Assembly (NCBI GenBank): GCA_965541585.1
Contig: CBEUCH010000006.1
Span: 32,001-96,000, forward strand
Source of the DNA: an uncultured bacterium
GTDB taxonomy: Bacteria > Zixibacteria > MSB-5A5 > UBA10806
DNA length: 64,000 nucleotides
Reading direction: 5' to 3'
The notes beneath the pieces were generated by a model that was given only the letters and a program-made list of their open reading frames with translations, had not been told where the DNA came from and did no database searches. How positions within the stretch are numbered: position 1 is the first letter of the stretch; each line of letters begins with the position of its first letter. Shown in pieces: positions 51,309 to 61,965 of this stretch. Position numbers and translations under genes: made by a program.

Positions 51309-51677
51309 TTAATCGAGCCGATCAAAGCTTTCCTTCGTTATCTCCGCTTTCACTTTGCCGGTGTGCGAAATACTCTCAGGCTCGAACAACATGAGCCTGA
51401 CATGGCCATGAGGGACGACGCGATGCTCTATGCCGCGGCGGACAATGCAAAATTCGCTGGCATGCAAAACAACGGCTTTGTCTCTTTCCATTACTTCGAG
51501 TGTTCCATCTATCACCAAAAACATCTCATCCTCGTTATCATGTGTGTGCCACGGAACCTTATCCCCCTCGCACCTTACGAGCATGATATGCTGACCATTT
51601 AACTCCCCGACTATCTTTGGAGAAAAGGTATCATTGAACTTCTCGAAAGATTTTGCGATATTAACTACACTGGTCAT
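51309..51677 (-). CDS. cupin domain protein
   Basis: 'WHTHDNEDEMF', 'V.RG.EH'. Confidence 0.85.
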   Translation of the reverse strand: MTSVVNIAKSFEKFNDTFSPKIVGELNGQHIMLVRCEGDKVPWHTHDNEDEMFLVIDGTLEVMERDKAVVLHASEFCIVRRGIEHRVVPHGHVRLMLFEPESISHTGKVKAEITKESFDRLD

Positions 51678-51877
51678 ATCTATCTCTCCATGCATAACTT
51701 AAGACCATTCAACACCATCATATAGCAATGTAGCCCTTCACATAATCGATGTCAACAGGAGCAGATCGGGGCCTATATCACTGGCAGCGGACTTTCTTAA
51801 GCCCTGGAATTGCGATGAGGGTACATTATAAGATGATTAATGGAACTCGTTGCAAGATTATCAATGACCCATAGGTT

Positions 51878-52402
51878 TTAGCTTTTCAGAAAATAGGTTC
51901 GTATTAAATTACCTTCACCTTTGGTGGTCCAAACAGAATATCCTTTCGACTTCATTATATCGATTCCCGGGGCTGGCAGGAATGTAGTTATCAGCTCAAT
52001 GATTTCTCCTTTTTTAACGTTTTTCGCCTCCTTAAGAATAGCTGCTAATGTCATCTTGTTTTCGTCATCCAGTTTATCCTCATTGATCGAAACCGATATC
52101 TTATCTGCATAGAACCAGTCGGGTTTTACCTGAAAGTATTCTTCATCTTCGTAAGACTCACCTATGTCCGTCTGGCCTACAGCTTTTCGGAGCGTATTGA
52201 TTAATTCAAGGAGCGGCACCTTACCGACAGAAGAGATATGTTTTATCGTAGCGACTTTTGCAACGGATCTTCTTAAGAGTGGGTTTTTCAGTATTTTGAA
52301 TGGTGGCGCTATGGCAATCAGTACAGCTTCGAGTTCCGGATATGCTTCAAGCAATTTGTGGACCGTTACAGATGGAGTGATATTAAGAATATCCTTTGCC
52401 AT
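51878..52402 (-). CDS. DUF1858 domain protein
   Basis: 'V..LLEAYPEL..VL....P.F..LKNP.LR'; C-terminal 'F.PAP.ID'. Confidence 0.75.
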   Translation of the reverse strand: MAKDILNITPSVTVHKLLEAYPELEAVLIAIAPPFKILKNPLLRRSVAKVATIKHISSVGKVPLLELINTLRKAVGQTDIGESYEDEEYFQVKPDWFYADKISVSINEDKLDDENKMTLAAILKEAKNVKKGEIIELITTFLPAPGIDIMKSKGYSVWTTKGEGNLIRTYFLKS

Positions 52403-52465
52403 TGGTACCTCCTCAGGATCAAGTGTAAACTGGCGCTCGTCTGGTGGGCTTACGAGGATGCCGCT

Positions 52466-53935
52466 CTATTCAATATCTGCCGGATACATGTAATTCTCAC
52501 CAAACTTTATTCGCACGACTTGATTTTTATCATCCAGTTCAAAAACAACCAGTTCCCCGTTTCCGTTTTCTCCAGTCATCCGGAATGTATTATCACTCTC
52601 CGGGGTCAGGTCGACAATATTATCCTCAGGATGATCCTCGGGCGGAGAATAGTGATCGTATGCAACCAGTTTATTGTTCAGGAGCATTATCTCAGTTACG
52701 TAAAAGAAGAGGGAATCCGTGTAGCTGCCGGTATATTTAAGCCACGCTTTGTCTGGCTCAGGCTCTTCTATCTCTGGCGTCACTGCATCGAGAATTACAG
52801 GCGTTACCTGTTTTAAAATTTCCTTAGCAAAAAAAGCCGATCTGGCATCATCAGCATTTATAAGAACGACAACTCCGATTTTATCCGTTGGAACGAAATA
52901 AATTCTGGTTCTATTTCCCGCCACCCATCCGCCATGACCGACCAGGGTTTTACCATTCCACCGTGAAATTCCAAATCCCAGGCCCCATCCCCATGTCCAG
53001 TCTTCGGCCAGCCATTGAATCCTTTGCATTTCACGAAGCGTGCTGCCCTTCAGAACAGTATTTGTATCAGTACTATCAACTCGAAACTGAAAAGAGATAT
53101 ACTTCGCCAGATCCGATACTGTTGACGCCATATTCGCGGCCGGTGCAATCCCTTTGGAATCGGTAAACGGCATTATCTTACGAGATCCATCGGAAAACAG
53201 GCGTGTGTATGGAGTTGCAAGCCTCTTTTCGTTGTCTGTGATGAAAATACTGGTACTTTTCATTTCCAGCGGTTTTAATATGTTTTCCTCAATAAACTGT
53301 TCATATGGTTGACCGGACACTGCCGCTACGATTTCACCCGTTAAAGACAGGGCGAGATTGGAGTATTTGAATTTGTGTTCGGGTGGGTAGATTGTCTCCT
53401 GTCCGGGAAGTGCATCGATCATTTCCTCTCGTGTCGGGAACACATTATCGGTCCAGTACGGAAATGCCGCCTCACGGGGAAGTCCGGAGGTATGCGTTAG
53501 TAAATGCCAGATAGTTATATCGGGAGCGCCGGGGAAGCGGTTTTGTATTTCAAACCAGTCAAGATGTTTACTTATGGGGTCGTTCAGTTCAAGTTTGAAT
53601 TGGTCGCGCAATTGCATAATTGCAGTGGCGGTGAATGTTTTGGTAATCGATGCTATACGGTAAATGGTTTCGGGCGTTGCCGGTGTCTTGTTTTCAATGT
53701 CACTGTAGCCAAAACTTTTAGCATAGACCAGATCCTGATCGTATACGATTCCTATAGACATGCCGGGAATCTTATGATACTCCATATGCTCATTGAGCCA
53801 GGATTCGATCATCTTCAGTGTCGACGTCAACTCGGGATTATCCTTCAGGGAGTTATCCTGCGATTGCACAGGAATCACCAGGAACAACAAACAGGATATC
53901 AGACCGATACAGGTCGTAAAGCTCCGATAATTCAT
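52466..53935 (-). CDS. serine hydrolase, beta-lactamase/AmpC-like family
   Basis: SxxK 'SITK', 'LLTHTSG', YSN, HGG. Confidence 0.9.
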   Translation of the reverse strand: MNYRSFTTCIGLISCLLFLVIPVQSQDNSLKDNPELTSTLKMIESWLNEHMEYHKIPGMSIGIVYDQDLVYAKSFGYSDIENKTPATPETIYRIASITKTFTATAIMQLRDQFKLELNDPISKHLDWFEIQNRFPGAPDITIWHLLTHTSGLPREAAFPYWTDNVFPTREEMIDALPGQETIYPPEHKFKYSNLALSLTGEIVAAVSGQPYEQFIEENILKPLEMKSTSIFITDNEKRLATPYTRLFSDGSRKIMPFTDSKGIAPAANMASTVSDLAKYISFQFRVDSTDTNTVLKGSTLREMQRIQWLAEDWTWGWGLGFGISRWNGKTLVGHGGWVAGNRTRIYFVPTDKIGVVVLINADDARSAFFAKEILKQVTPVILDAVTPEIEEPEPDKAWLKYTGSYTDSLFFYVTEIMLLNNKLVAYDHYSPPEDHPEDNIVDLTPESDNTFRMTGENGNGELVVFELDDKNQVVRIKFGENYMYPADIE

Positions 53936-54289
53936 GTTCTCGTCCTCCTTAGAAACTGATTTGCTCTTTCAGGTTAACGATAAGGACAGTCCGGTCAAAT
54001 CCGTTTGCAGCCATAGGCAGATTAGCTCATTGGTTTCTCAGCGCCATAATATCCTGTCAACTGGCTGCAAGATAGGTTTTTCAAAGCATGAAAGCAAACT
54101 TAAAAATTCGGCGATAGCTGCCCTAGACTAACAAGTATCCTGAGTTTGAGGTGTCGAAATCGACATCCTATCAGAGGAGAAGAGCTTTTGCAGAGGCGGG
54201 TGAAGCGGGTTTAATCGTCAAGAAGCACCTCGTTGTATGTTATAATAATGGGAGAAATGTCTCGAGAGGTACGGCATATCACACAAGCA

Positions 54290-56473
54290 TTACTCATTAC
54301 GCTCTACTTCATAGGAGATGATACCATTCAGGTTTCTTACCTGGAAATCAGTTATTTTCCCATTACCGTTTATTAAGACTTTTCTGAAGTAGGGAGGTTT
54401 ATTATCTATTTTCCCTGCCAATCCGCATGCGGCTGTCTGTACGATGACTGGCATATGTCTTTTCCACCATTCCTCCGGATTATTTCGATCCAACAACTCA
54501 CTGTAAACATCGGAGTATATCCTTACATTGTCGCGCTTCATGGCTATCCTGAACTCGGCGTTTCTATGGGTATGACCCGAAAAAACAAGATCAACTTTCT
54601 TAACGTTACCGGCGGCCGAGCTCGTAGACGGCCCGTTCTCTTTAAGCCCCATGCATAGATAAAAAAACTGGCTCAGGTAATGATTAATGCTGCCGTAAGT
54701 AAGATTACATTTGCTTTTTGGTATCCATTTTGGCTCTTTGCTATTTCTCTCCCACAGGCTGCTCAATTTAAAATCACTGCCTTCTGCGGGATTGATCGGG
54801 GGAGCATGCAGAAAAACCATCAGGGAACCCTCGTCATTTCCCTTATCTCGAATGGATGCCAGAGTTTTTTCGAACCAGACAATCTGGCTCCAGTTATAAT
54901 AATTCTGCTCAGAATCAAAAGCTCTTGAATCAGGGCTCCCTCCAAGAATGTTATCCTCCACACTCATCTTTTTAATGTCATTGACTGTTTTGCCATCCAT
55001 AAACAGACCTGTAAAAACGTCGGAACCAGTATCCATAACGATGAACGAATGATCCCCAAACCGAAAGGCAAAGTCGAGGTACGGATTTATGTGTTTCAAG
55101 TAGTAGTGCAGAGCCTTGGCTTCTGCATGAAGCGGATTATCAATGATAAAGTCTACCTGTTCGCGAACGAACCGCTCCAGGTATTTCTTCGCGCCCCATA
55201 CTAATACTCCCAATAATACTCCCAAAAAGGCAAGAATTCCGTATTCAATATAGGTTAAGTTATTCAAATAGCCTGCTACATCTGCGCCCTTCACACCTGC
55301 GCCGCTCAGACCCGCACCGCCTATTACCGGAATAATCCACTTTGAAATCTTACCGGAGAGGAACTTTGCAAGTTTCACCTTCCCGCTATCAGCAAAAGCG
55401 TCAAGGTTTAACTTCTTAAATGCCTTTCCGGTTATCTTTCTGGAGAGCTTAGCTCTTTCATCCTCCGGATACTCCGCGGAGTCAAAAGATTTGTAATTAT
55501 AGTTTTTAAGCTCCTCCTTCCTCAGGCCGAAACTCTTATTTTGACGCCCCGTTGTGGGGCTATAAGGATGCAAGCGCCAATCATGGTTCCCTGTAGACGT
55601 ATATACAGCTACCTTGAATCCGGGATTGCCATTCAGCGTTTCTTTGCCAGCTCCGGTACAGATGTTAATGAAAGTCTTCCAGTTATTTTCGTCCGGATTC
55701 GATTCATCCTCCCAGCCATGGAAAGCAAAATCAACGAGATCGCCTGTAATTACGACGAAATCGAGTTTGCCGATCTCGTACAATTCGTTGGCCTTGCGAA
55801 TAGACTCTCTGAAATTTGTATTGAAGTTTACGTAGGATTCTATAATCAGGCTACGGCTTCTCGTATTCCTTGTTTTCAGCACCTCTCCGAGTATCTCGTC
55901 GTTTCTGGTTGCCACATGAGGATCAGTAAGGTGGATAAAATTACATACTCCTCTAATACTATTTACAAACTGTACACTGTGATAGTTAACCTTTTCGCAT
56001 TTACCCTTCTCATCCTTCAGAATTAAGTCGTAAAGTCGGGGAAGATGCTTCCCGTCCCCTTCTTTGAGTAAGCATTTGTAATCGTCCCCATCGATCTTGA
56101 CTGATACATCTAACTTCCAGTAACGGGTGTTTTCTCCAAGGACATTATAGTGGAGCTCACTGATGATGAGATCTCTCGTGTCCTCTAAATCAGAAAAGCC
56201 GTGAAGCACATTCCAGGCCGTAATCTCTTCAGGGTCATGAACCGGATCAAGGGGGATACGTTTGTTCTTAACGCCGTCGCGGTAGGAAGAGCGCAAGAAC
56301 AATATGTTTCTAAAGGGATCTTTTAAAGGCGAAGAGAATTCCCCATACTGCCCGGCGATTATCAAGGAAATTGTTTTTCCTGCTTTCAGGTTTTCAACCG
56401 AGACAATATGGGGACAGCCAAGGTTGGGGCTGATGACTAAAGGAAAATCCTTTGGCTTTAAATTCGTTTCCAT
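54290..56473 (-). CDS. large metallophosphoesterase with internal membrane segment
   Basis: DPH, TGDLVD, GNHD, H, SGHTH motifs; hydrophobic insert mid-protein. Confidence 0.8.
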   Translation of the reverse strand: METNLKPKDFPLVISPNLGCPHIVSVENLKAGKTISLIIAGQYGEFSSPLKDPFRNILFLRSSYRDGVKNKRIPLDPVHDPEEITAWNVLHGFSDLEDTRDLIISELHYNVLGENTRYWKLDVSVKIDGDDYKCLLKEGDGKHLPRLYDLILKDEKGKCEKVNYHSVQFVNSIRGVCNFIHLTDPHVATRNDEILGEVLKTRNTRSRSLIIESYVNFNTNFRESIRKANELYEIGKLDFVVITGDLVDFAFHGWEDESNPDENNWKTFINICTGAGKETLNGNPGFKVAVYTSTGNHDWRLHPYSPTTGRQNKSFGLRKEELKNYNYKSFDSAEYPEDERAKLSRKITGKAFKKLNLDAFADSGKVKLAKFLSGKISKWIIPVIGGAGLSGAGVKGADVAGYLNNLTYIEYGILAFLGVLLGVLVWGAKKYLERFVREQVDFIIDNPLHAEAKALHYYLKHINPYLDFAFRFGDHSFIVMDTGSDVFTGLFMDGKTVNDIKKMSVEDNILGGSPDSRAFDSEQNYYNWSQIVWFEKTLASIRDKGNDEGSLMVFLHAPPINPAEGSDFKLSSLWERNSKEPKWIPKSKCNLTYGSINHYLSQFFYLCMGLKENGPSTSSAAGNVKKVDLVFSGHTHRNAEFRIAMKRDNVRIYSDVYSELLDRNNPEEWWKRHMPVIVQTAACGLAGKIDNKPPYFRKVLINGNGKITDFQVRNLNGIISYEVERNE

Positions 56474-56502
56474 CTCACTATTTTCTCCAGCAGGTCAGGT
56501 AA

Positions 56503-56934
56503 TTACCAGATCCAATTTAGATTCATTCTCCTGAGATATCGGGCCGTGATGTAAGCAATTATGCAATTCATAAATACAAAAAATATCAACAAGTAATGAA
56601 AGTGATAAAAGGGTCTTCCCAGGAGAAAGGAAACCTCACATAAATCTATTATGGCGGCCGACAAGCGGAAGATGATCGATAGCTGAATAGCCACCAGGTA
56701 TTTTTCAGGATTCTTAAAACCGAGAAATTGGAAGTAAGCCGCAAAAAGCCAGTACATACCCACGCCTCTTATAAAAAGGGGTTCTGGACGAGGAATAAAA
56801 TTGACGACCTGCTGGAAATGACCTGCGAAAACAACGGCATAAACTCCTATCCCCAAATCCCATAAAGCCAACAGAAGCAAGATTAGACGGAGCCGTTTTC
56901 GAGCAATATCCTTTTCTTCCATTTTACCCTCCAT
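56503..56934 (-). CDS. small four-helix membrane protein
   Basis: Four hydrophobic segments; co-oriented in tight operon. Confidence 0.7.
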   Translation of the reverse strand: MEGKMEEKDIARKRLRLILLLLALWDLGIGVYAVVFAGHFQQVVNFIPRPEPLFIRGVGMYWLFAAYFQFLGFKNPEKYLVAIQLSIIFRLSAAIIDLCEVSFLLGRPFYHFHYLLIFFVFMNCIIAYITARYLRRMNLNWIW

Positions 56935-56949
56935 ATTTCGAATTCCATC

Positions 56950-58488
56950 TTATAGATAATCATACTTGAAAACAAGGCGTTTGAGCGGCGCCAGGATCTT
57001 CCTCAGGATGTATATGGGCAGAGCCTTTTTCTTGAAAGAGAAATACTTGTCCATAGCCGTAAGGCCCGAGAACCACCAGTCGCTGAATGCGTACGCTTCC
57101 TCTATGATATCCAGAGACTTGATGATAAGCTCGCTGACGTTTTGCCACGGCTCATATACCGATTTGTCTCCGACCCACGTAATCTCGGGCTTTCCAAATG
57201 CTTCCACAGCAAGAGGGAGAAAACGTCCCACTTTGGGATCGTCGGGGTCGAGACCCATCTTTTTGGCCCCCACCCAATCCACCGCCATCAGGTTTTCGCC
57301 CCCGATCATAGTCTTTGTATGAACAGGCGTGGGGTCGACTATTACGCCGAACTGTCCATCGGCGCTGTAGATGCCGTCAATAAGGCCGAAATGTACTGGA
57401 AAATGTTTCAAGCTCTCTATGGTGGGCCAATCGTATTCCCTCTTCGAGTGATATTCCTTCAATTTATTCTGCATGGGAAGAGTACCGTAGATGTTTTTTA
57501 AAGTAAGCGTGTAGTGGCAGAATACATGCGTTTTGTTTTTTGCGAAGGATAATCTGAAATCAGCATCCCTCCAGGTAGGCCCTACAAAGTGTTTTCCAAA
57601 CCTGCCACCATAGTCGTAGGGGACCATCTCCTCGGTAAGATCGATAATCCTATAATTCTTGTCAGTAGAATATCCAAGATATTCGGCTACCTTAACAACC
57701 TCTCTGTTGTTATAGTAATTTCCCAGTGTACTCTGGGCCTCAACAATTGTAATATTGGGATATCCCCTCTCCGCAATCTTATCGATAAGGGCTTCCACAA
57801 GCTTCGGATCGGTATAAGTGGAGATATCCTTTTTATGGTGGCTATACATAAAATTGGGTTTGATTACGACCGAAAAGCTCTCTTTGGTTTTCCTTGTCTT
57901 TGTAAACCGTTTCTCCAGAATCTCAAAAAAACCCGTCTCTCCCAACACTCTATTCAGAAGGTCGAACTTATCCTCGCCTTTTAACGCCACCACAGAAGTG
58001 GGCCCCGTATTCTTGGGAGCAACAGGTTTCTTCCTGAGATACGATGTATGGGCTATAAAAAATGCTTTGTTTGCCCTTAGATAAAAGAAGAGAGTTAACC
58101 AGAAGATGGAACCGTCAACTATGAGTATAATCAGATAGGCAAGGTATTTAACCGAGAAAACGAAAAAACAGAGTGCCGATATGGCGGACGCAGACTTCGA
58201 AATTAGCAGCGGTATAATGTATCCCTTGTTTTTTCTTACGTTGTGCTGGGCGATAAGAGATAAAACTGCAATAGTCATCATCATGGAAAACGTCATAGAT
58301 AGCCAGAACTTCTCTGTTGAGGGAGGAATATCGTCAAGACCGAGCGTTAAGGCGTGAGATAGCTTATTAGTTAAATCAAGAATAAGCTCAGGCATAACGG
58401 CAAAGGCAATCCCCACCAAAAAATAAGTTATCGCACTTATAAACATAAATACTTTCAATTGTTTTTCTTCCCGTGTCATGTTTGTCAT
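56950..58488 (-). CDS. DUF362 domain protein with N-terminal membrane domain
   Basis: 'VVIKPN', 'TDP.LV.AL', 'K.KTH', 'TLTLKN.YG', 'DG', 'AVD' DUF362 motifs. Confidence 0.8.
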   Translation of the reverse strand: MTNMTREEKQLKVFMFISAITYFLVGIAFAVMPELILDLTNKLSHALTLGLDDIPPSTEKFWLSMTFSMMMTIAVLSLIAQHNVRKNKGYIIPLLISKSASAISALCFFVFSVKYLAYLIILIVDGSIFWLTLFFYLRANKAFFIAHTSYLRKKPVAPKNTGPTSVVALKGEDKFDLLNRVLGETGFFEILEKRFTKTRKTKESFSVVIKPNFMYSHHKKDISTYTDPKLVEALIDKIAERGYPNITIVEAQSTLGNYYNNREVVKVAEYLGYSTDKNYRIIDLTEEMVPYDYGGRFGKHFVGPTWRDADFRLSFAKNKTHVFCHYTLTLKNIYGTLPMQNKLKEYHSKREYDWPTIESLKHFPVHFGLIDGIYSADGQFGVIVDPTPVHTKTMIGGENLMAVDWVGAKKMGLDPDDPKVGRFLPLAVEAFGKPEITWVGDKSVYEPWQNVSELIIKSLDIIEEAYAFSDWWFSGLTAMDKYFSFKKKALPIYILRKILAPLKRLVFKYDYL

Positions 58489-58506
58489 GATTCGCCCTCC
58501 CGAATA

Positions 58507-59247
58507 TTAAAAGGTATCCTTATCTAATGGTTCATTGGCAAGATAAGCCGACAATGAATATATGCCGAGTATCTCCAGCGGCCAGCATCCGAAGAGGAGA
58601 AAGATGGGCGGATAATTCGGATTAAAGGTGAATGTCCACACGCCACTGGCGGCGGAGCCCATATATTCACTGGGATTGCCGACAATCCATGATGTAATTA
58701 CAATACCGATAAAAACGGAAAAGCCCATTTTGACTGACGCGTAAATGCATGTAACAAAAAGTGCAGCATAAAACAGATAGAACAAAGGCCCCGCTCCATC
58801 CCGGTACTTCCCGAGTAATAATAGAATTAACAGGAATAAAATTGCCAGAATAATCTGATTTAACCACCTCGGCGGCGACGGCTTCAATTTCTTTATCTGT
58901 CTTATCACTATCCTGGTAGAAAGGGTATAAGCTGTTAATCCGCCGAGGACCCATGCCCAGACGCCAAAATTGTATCGACCGTCAATCCCATGATACGACC
59001 ACAGCCCGGACCTTATACCTATAGTCTCCTTGACATATTCAATTACGAAGATTGTGAAAATGAGCGAAAGCAGACGCTTAGTCGAGATATGCAGGGCAAG
59101 CCATACCGTTATTGAAAAACCTGCGAGAAGCGAAAGCAAGAAGGGAATTGAGATTAGAGGAATATATCCCTCATGAAATGCCGTGAATGCAGTAATAACG
59201 ACGAGCCATGCGACAATAACGAGGTTTTGCTGTTTTTCCTTATCCAT
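58507..59247 (-). CDS. polytopic membrane protein (two 'E..G...G.W.Y/F' half-repeats)
   Basis: 'ETIGIRSGLWSY' and 'EYMGSAASGVWTF' internal repeats among TM helices. Confidence 0.7.
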   Translation of the reverse strand: MDKEKQQNLVIVAWLVVITAFTAFHEGYIPLISIPFLLSLLAGFSITVWLALHISTKRLLSLIFTIFVIEYVKETIGIRSGLWSYHGIDGRYNFGVWAWVLGGLTAYTLSTRIVIRQIKKLKPSPPRWLNQIILAILFLLILLLLGKYRDGAGPLFYLFYAALFVTCIYASVKMGFSVFIGIVITSWIVGNPSEYMGSAASGVWTFTFNPNYPPIFLLFGCWPLEILGIYSLSAYLANEPLDKDTF

Positions 59248-59464
59248 TTGTTTAGCCCTGATCCTTACTGTAAAAAGTATTTATGAGAAAATTATGGCGC
59301 CTTCCTGCGGTTCTTAATTTTCGAAACTTCTATTATCTCCATAAATTCACGTGCTCCTTGAATGCTTCCCGCTATTTTCTCAAGCTCTTTATTCATCTGG
59401 ATTATTTACGAAATTATAGATGGATTATAAAACAATCCCTTTCGGCCAGCCTAACAAAGGCCGG

Positions 59465-59544
59465 TATTTCTAAAACATTCCCGGGGGGATGGGAAAACTT
59501 ATTCTTTAACAAGAGCCTATCGTCCAGTTTTGTCAAGGATTTTT
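59465..59544. repeat. about 80-bp upstream element, copy 1 (copy 2 at 62789-62868)
   Basis: tatttctaaaacattcccggggggatgggaaaactt...aagagcctat.gtccagt.ttgtcaagga shared. Confidence 0.85.
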
Positions 59545-59772
59545 CTATTCGAATCTTAACCCAAATCCCTCATCCGTCCAAATTCATCTGACGTCAAACA
59601 CTCAGACCCCCTCCGAACGATGTAGCACAGTTCGCTTTATAACAGCGCAAGTTTGCGGAGGTGCTCTCCCAAATACTCAGTCATCTTGTGACCCTTTGTT
59701 TTTGTCGCTCGATTGTTGTTGAAATACATCTATAATTCGGGTAGCTTGATTCTAACTGAGGGACATCCATTC

Positions 59773-61965
59773 TTATGATCCTCCAAAGCTGTCATTAGCC
59801 TCGGAACCACCTGCAATTCCAGCTGTATTCTGATGCCAGATTTGGTCGCTAGTTGAGTTCAATCCCGAAGGCGTGCCGTAAATGACATTGACCGCTCCGG
59901 CTCCGGCAATCGCTCCTATACTCTCGTTTCTTACACCGATGGCCAGGTCAGCGCGTCCGTTACCGTTAAAGTCTCCAGAAGTCAGAGACGAGCTAAATTG
60001 ATCATCAGCCTCGGCACCACCGTTAATTCCAGCTGTATTCTGATGCCAGATTTGATCGCTGGTTGCAGTCAATCCTGAGGACGAGCCGTAGATAACGTTG
60101 ACCGCTCCGGCTCCGAGAATAGAGCCGATACTCTCAATCGGTTCGCCGATTGCCAGGTCGGTGCGCCTATCGCCATTGAAGTCACCTGCGGCCAGAGCAG
60201 ATCCGAAGCTGTCGTTGGCCTCGGCTCCACCTTTGATTCCCGCGGTGTTTTGATGCCAGATTTGATCGCCGGTTGCAGTTAATCCCGAGGAGGAGCCGCA
60301 GAGAATGTTCACTGCTCCAGCTCCGGCAATCGTCCCGATACTCTCATTCCTTACACCAATAGCCAGGTCGGCGCGTCCATCGCCATTGAAGTCACCTGCT
60401 GCCAGAGCGGATCCGAAGCTGTCATTGGTTTCGGAGCCACCTTTGATTCCCGCGGTGTTTTGATGCCATATTTGATCGCCGGTTGCAGTCAATCCCGAGG
60501 AGGAGCCGCAGAGAATGTTCACTGCTCCAGCTCCGGCAATCGTCCCGATACTCTCATTCCTTACACCAATAGCCAGGTCGGCGCGTCCATCGCCGTTGAA
60601 GTCACCTGCAGCCAGAGCGGATCCGAAGTTGTCATTGGTTTCGGAGCCACCTTTGATTCCCGAGGTGTTTTGATGCCATATTTGATCGCCGGTTGCAGTC
60701 AATCCCGAGGACGAACCGTAGATGATGTTCACTGCTCCAGCTCCGGCAATAGTTCCTATGCTTTCATTCATTACCGCAATAGCCAGATCGTCACGCCCAT
60801 CGCCATTGAAGTCACCTGCGGCCAGAGCGGATCCGAAGTTGTCATTGGTTTCGGAGCCACCTTTGATTCCCGCGGTGTTTTGATGCCAGATTTGATCGCC
60901 GGTTGCAGTCAATCCCGAGGACGAACCGTAGATGATGTTCACTGCTCCAGCTCCGGCAATAGTTCCTATGCTTTCATTCATTACCGCAATAGCCAGATCG
61001 TCACGCCCATCGCCATTGAAGTCACCTGCGGCCAGAGCGGATCCGAAGTTGTCATTGGTTTCGGAGCCACCTTTGATTCCCGCGGTGTTTTGATGCCAGA
61101 TTTGATCGCCGGTTGAAGTCAATCCCGAGGACGAACCGTAAATGACATTCACTGCTCCTGCTCCAAGAATAGCTCCGATACTTTCATTTCCCACACCAAT
61201 AGCCAGATCGTCACGCCCGTCGCCGTTAAAGTCACCCGTTACTTTACCAGTGAAATTAGAATACAGATAACAAGTGGCATTCCTATCATCCACTTCGAGA
61301 GTTCTGAATGCGATGCTGCCCGCCGCACTTGCTGAAGTCATTGTTGGAAGAGGGGCAGAAGTTAACTCAGTATGGTGAAAACCGATCATGTGCCCGATTT
61401 CATGTGTCGCCGTTTGCTGAATATCACGGACGACTCCGGCGTTTCCTACCGTCCATACGAAGTCGCGGCCATTAAAAGCAACATCCACATCGAGCAATGT
61501 CTGGTTATTTCGTATAGTTATAATTGTTACCGCCAGGACTCCAGCATTTAATATCGGCGCCAGGCCTCCAAATTCAGGCGCGCCGGCTTCTGCCCAGTAT
61601 GTAACGTTGTTTAGATCGGCAGCGTTTCTGGTGGCGGCAGTACCTCCTCCGTAGACAAAAATCAAGTTTGCGCACGATACATTTTGCCAAGCGTTGTATG
61701 CTGCTGTAACCGCATTTTGAGTTTGGTTAAACGTCAACGCATCACCAGCACCGTTGTTATTTACCTGATAACCAACCGTCCGCTCTATCCAACGAACTGT
61801 CACGCCTGAGCCCGGGGGTACAGCTGCTCCGGCCGTATATGTTCCTACTCCCCCGGTTTGTTGAATCAGCCGGTATGCGTAGGCGTTATTACCAACCAAA
61901 AGCAACAAGAACCCGAGAACAAAAGGTGCACAGATCTTTACAATGATTGTGATTCGAATTTTCAT
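59773..61965 (-). CDS. matrixin (M10-like) metalloprotease with about 7 FG-GAP/integrin-alpha repeats
   Basis: HEIGHMIGFHH zinc motif with Met-turn; 70-aa 'GDFNGDGRxDLAI...AGAV' repeats (210-bp period). Confidence 0.9.
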   Translation of the reverse strand: MKIRITIIVKICAPFVLGFLLLLVGNNAYAYRLIQQTGGVGTYTAGAAVPPGSGVTVRWIERTVGYQVNNNGAGDALTFNQTQNAVTAAYNAWQNVSCANLIFVYGGGTAATRNAADLNNVTYWAEAGAPEFGGLAPILNAGVLAVTIITIRNNQTLLDVDVAFNGRDFVWTVGNAGVVRDIQQTATHEIGHMIGFHHTELTSAPLPTMTSASAAGSIAFRTLEVDDRNATCYLYSNFTGKVTGDFNGDGRDDLAIGVGNESIGAILGAGAVNVIYGSSSGLTSTGDQIWHQNTAGIKGGSETNDNFGSALAAGDFNGDGRDDLAIAVMNESIGTIAGAGAVNIIYGSSSGLTATGDQIWHQNTAGIKGGSETNDNFGSALAAGDFNGDGRDDLAIAVMNESIGTIAGAGAVNIIYGSSSGLTATGDQIWHQNTSGIKGGSETNDNFGSALAAGDFNGDGRADLAIGVRNESIGTIAGAGAVNILCGSSSGLTATGDQIWHQNTAGIKGGSETNDSFGSALAAGDFNGDGRADLAIGVRNESIGTIAGAGAVNILCGSSSGLTATGDQIWHQNTAGIKGGAEANDSFGSALAAGDFNGDRRTDLAIGEPIESIGSILGAGAVNVIYGSSSGLTATSDQIWHQNTAGINGGAEADDQFSSSLTSGDFNGNGRADLAIGVRNESIGAIAGAGAVNVIYGTPSGLNSTSDQIWHQNTAGIAGGSEANDSFGGS

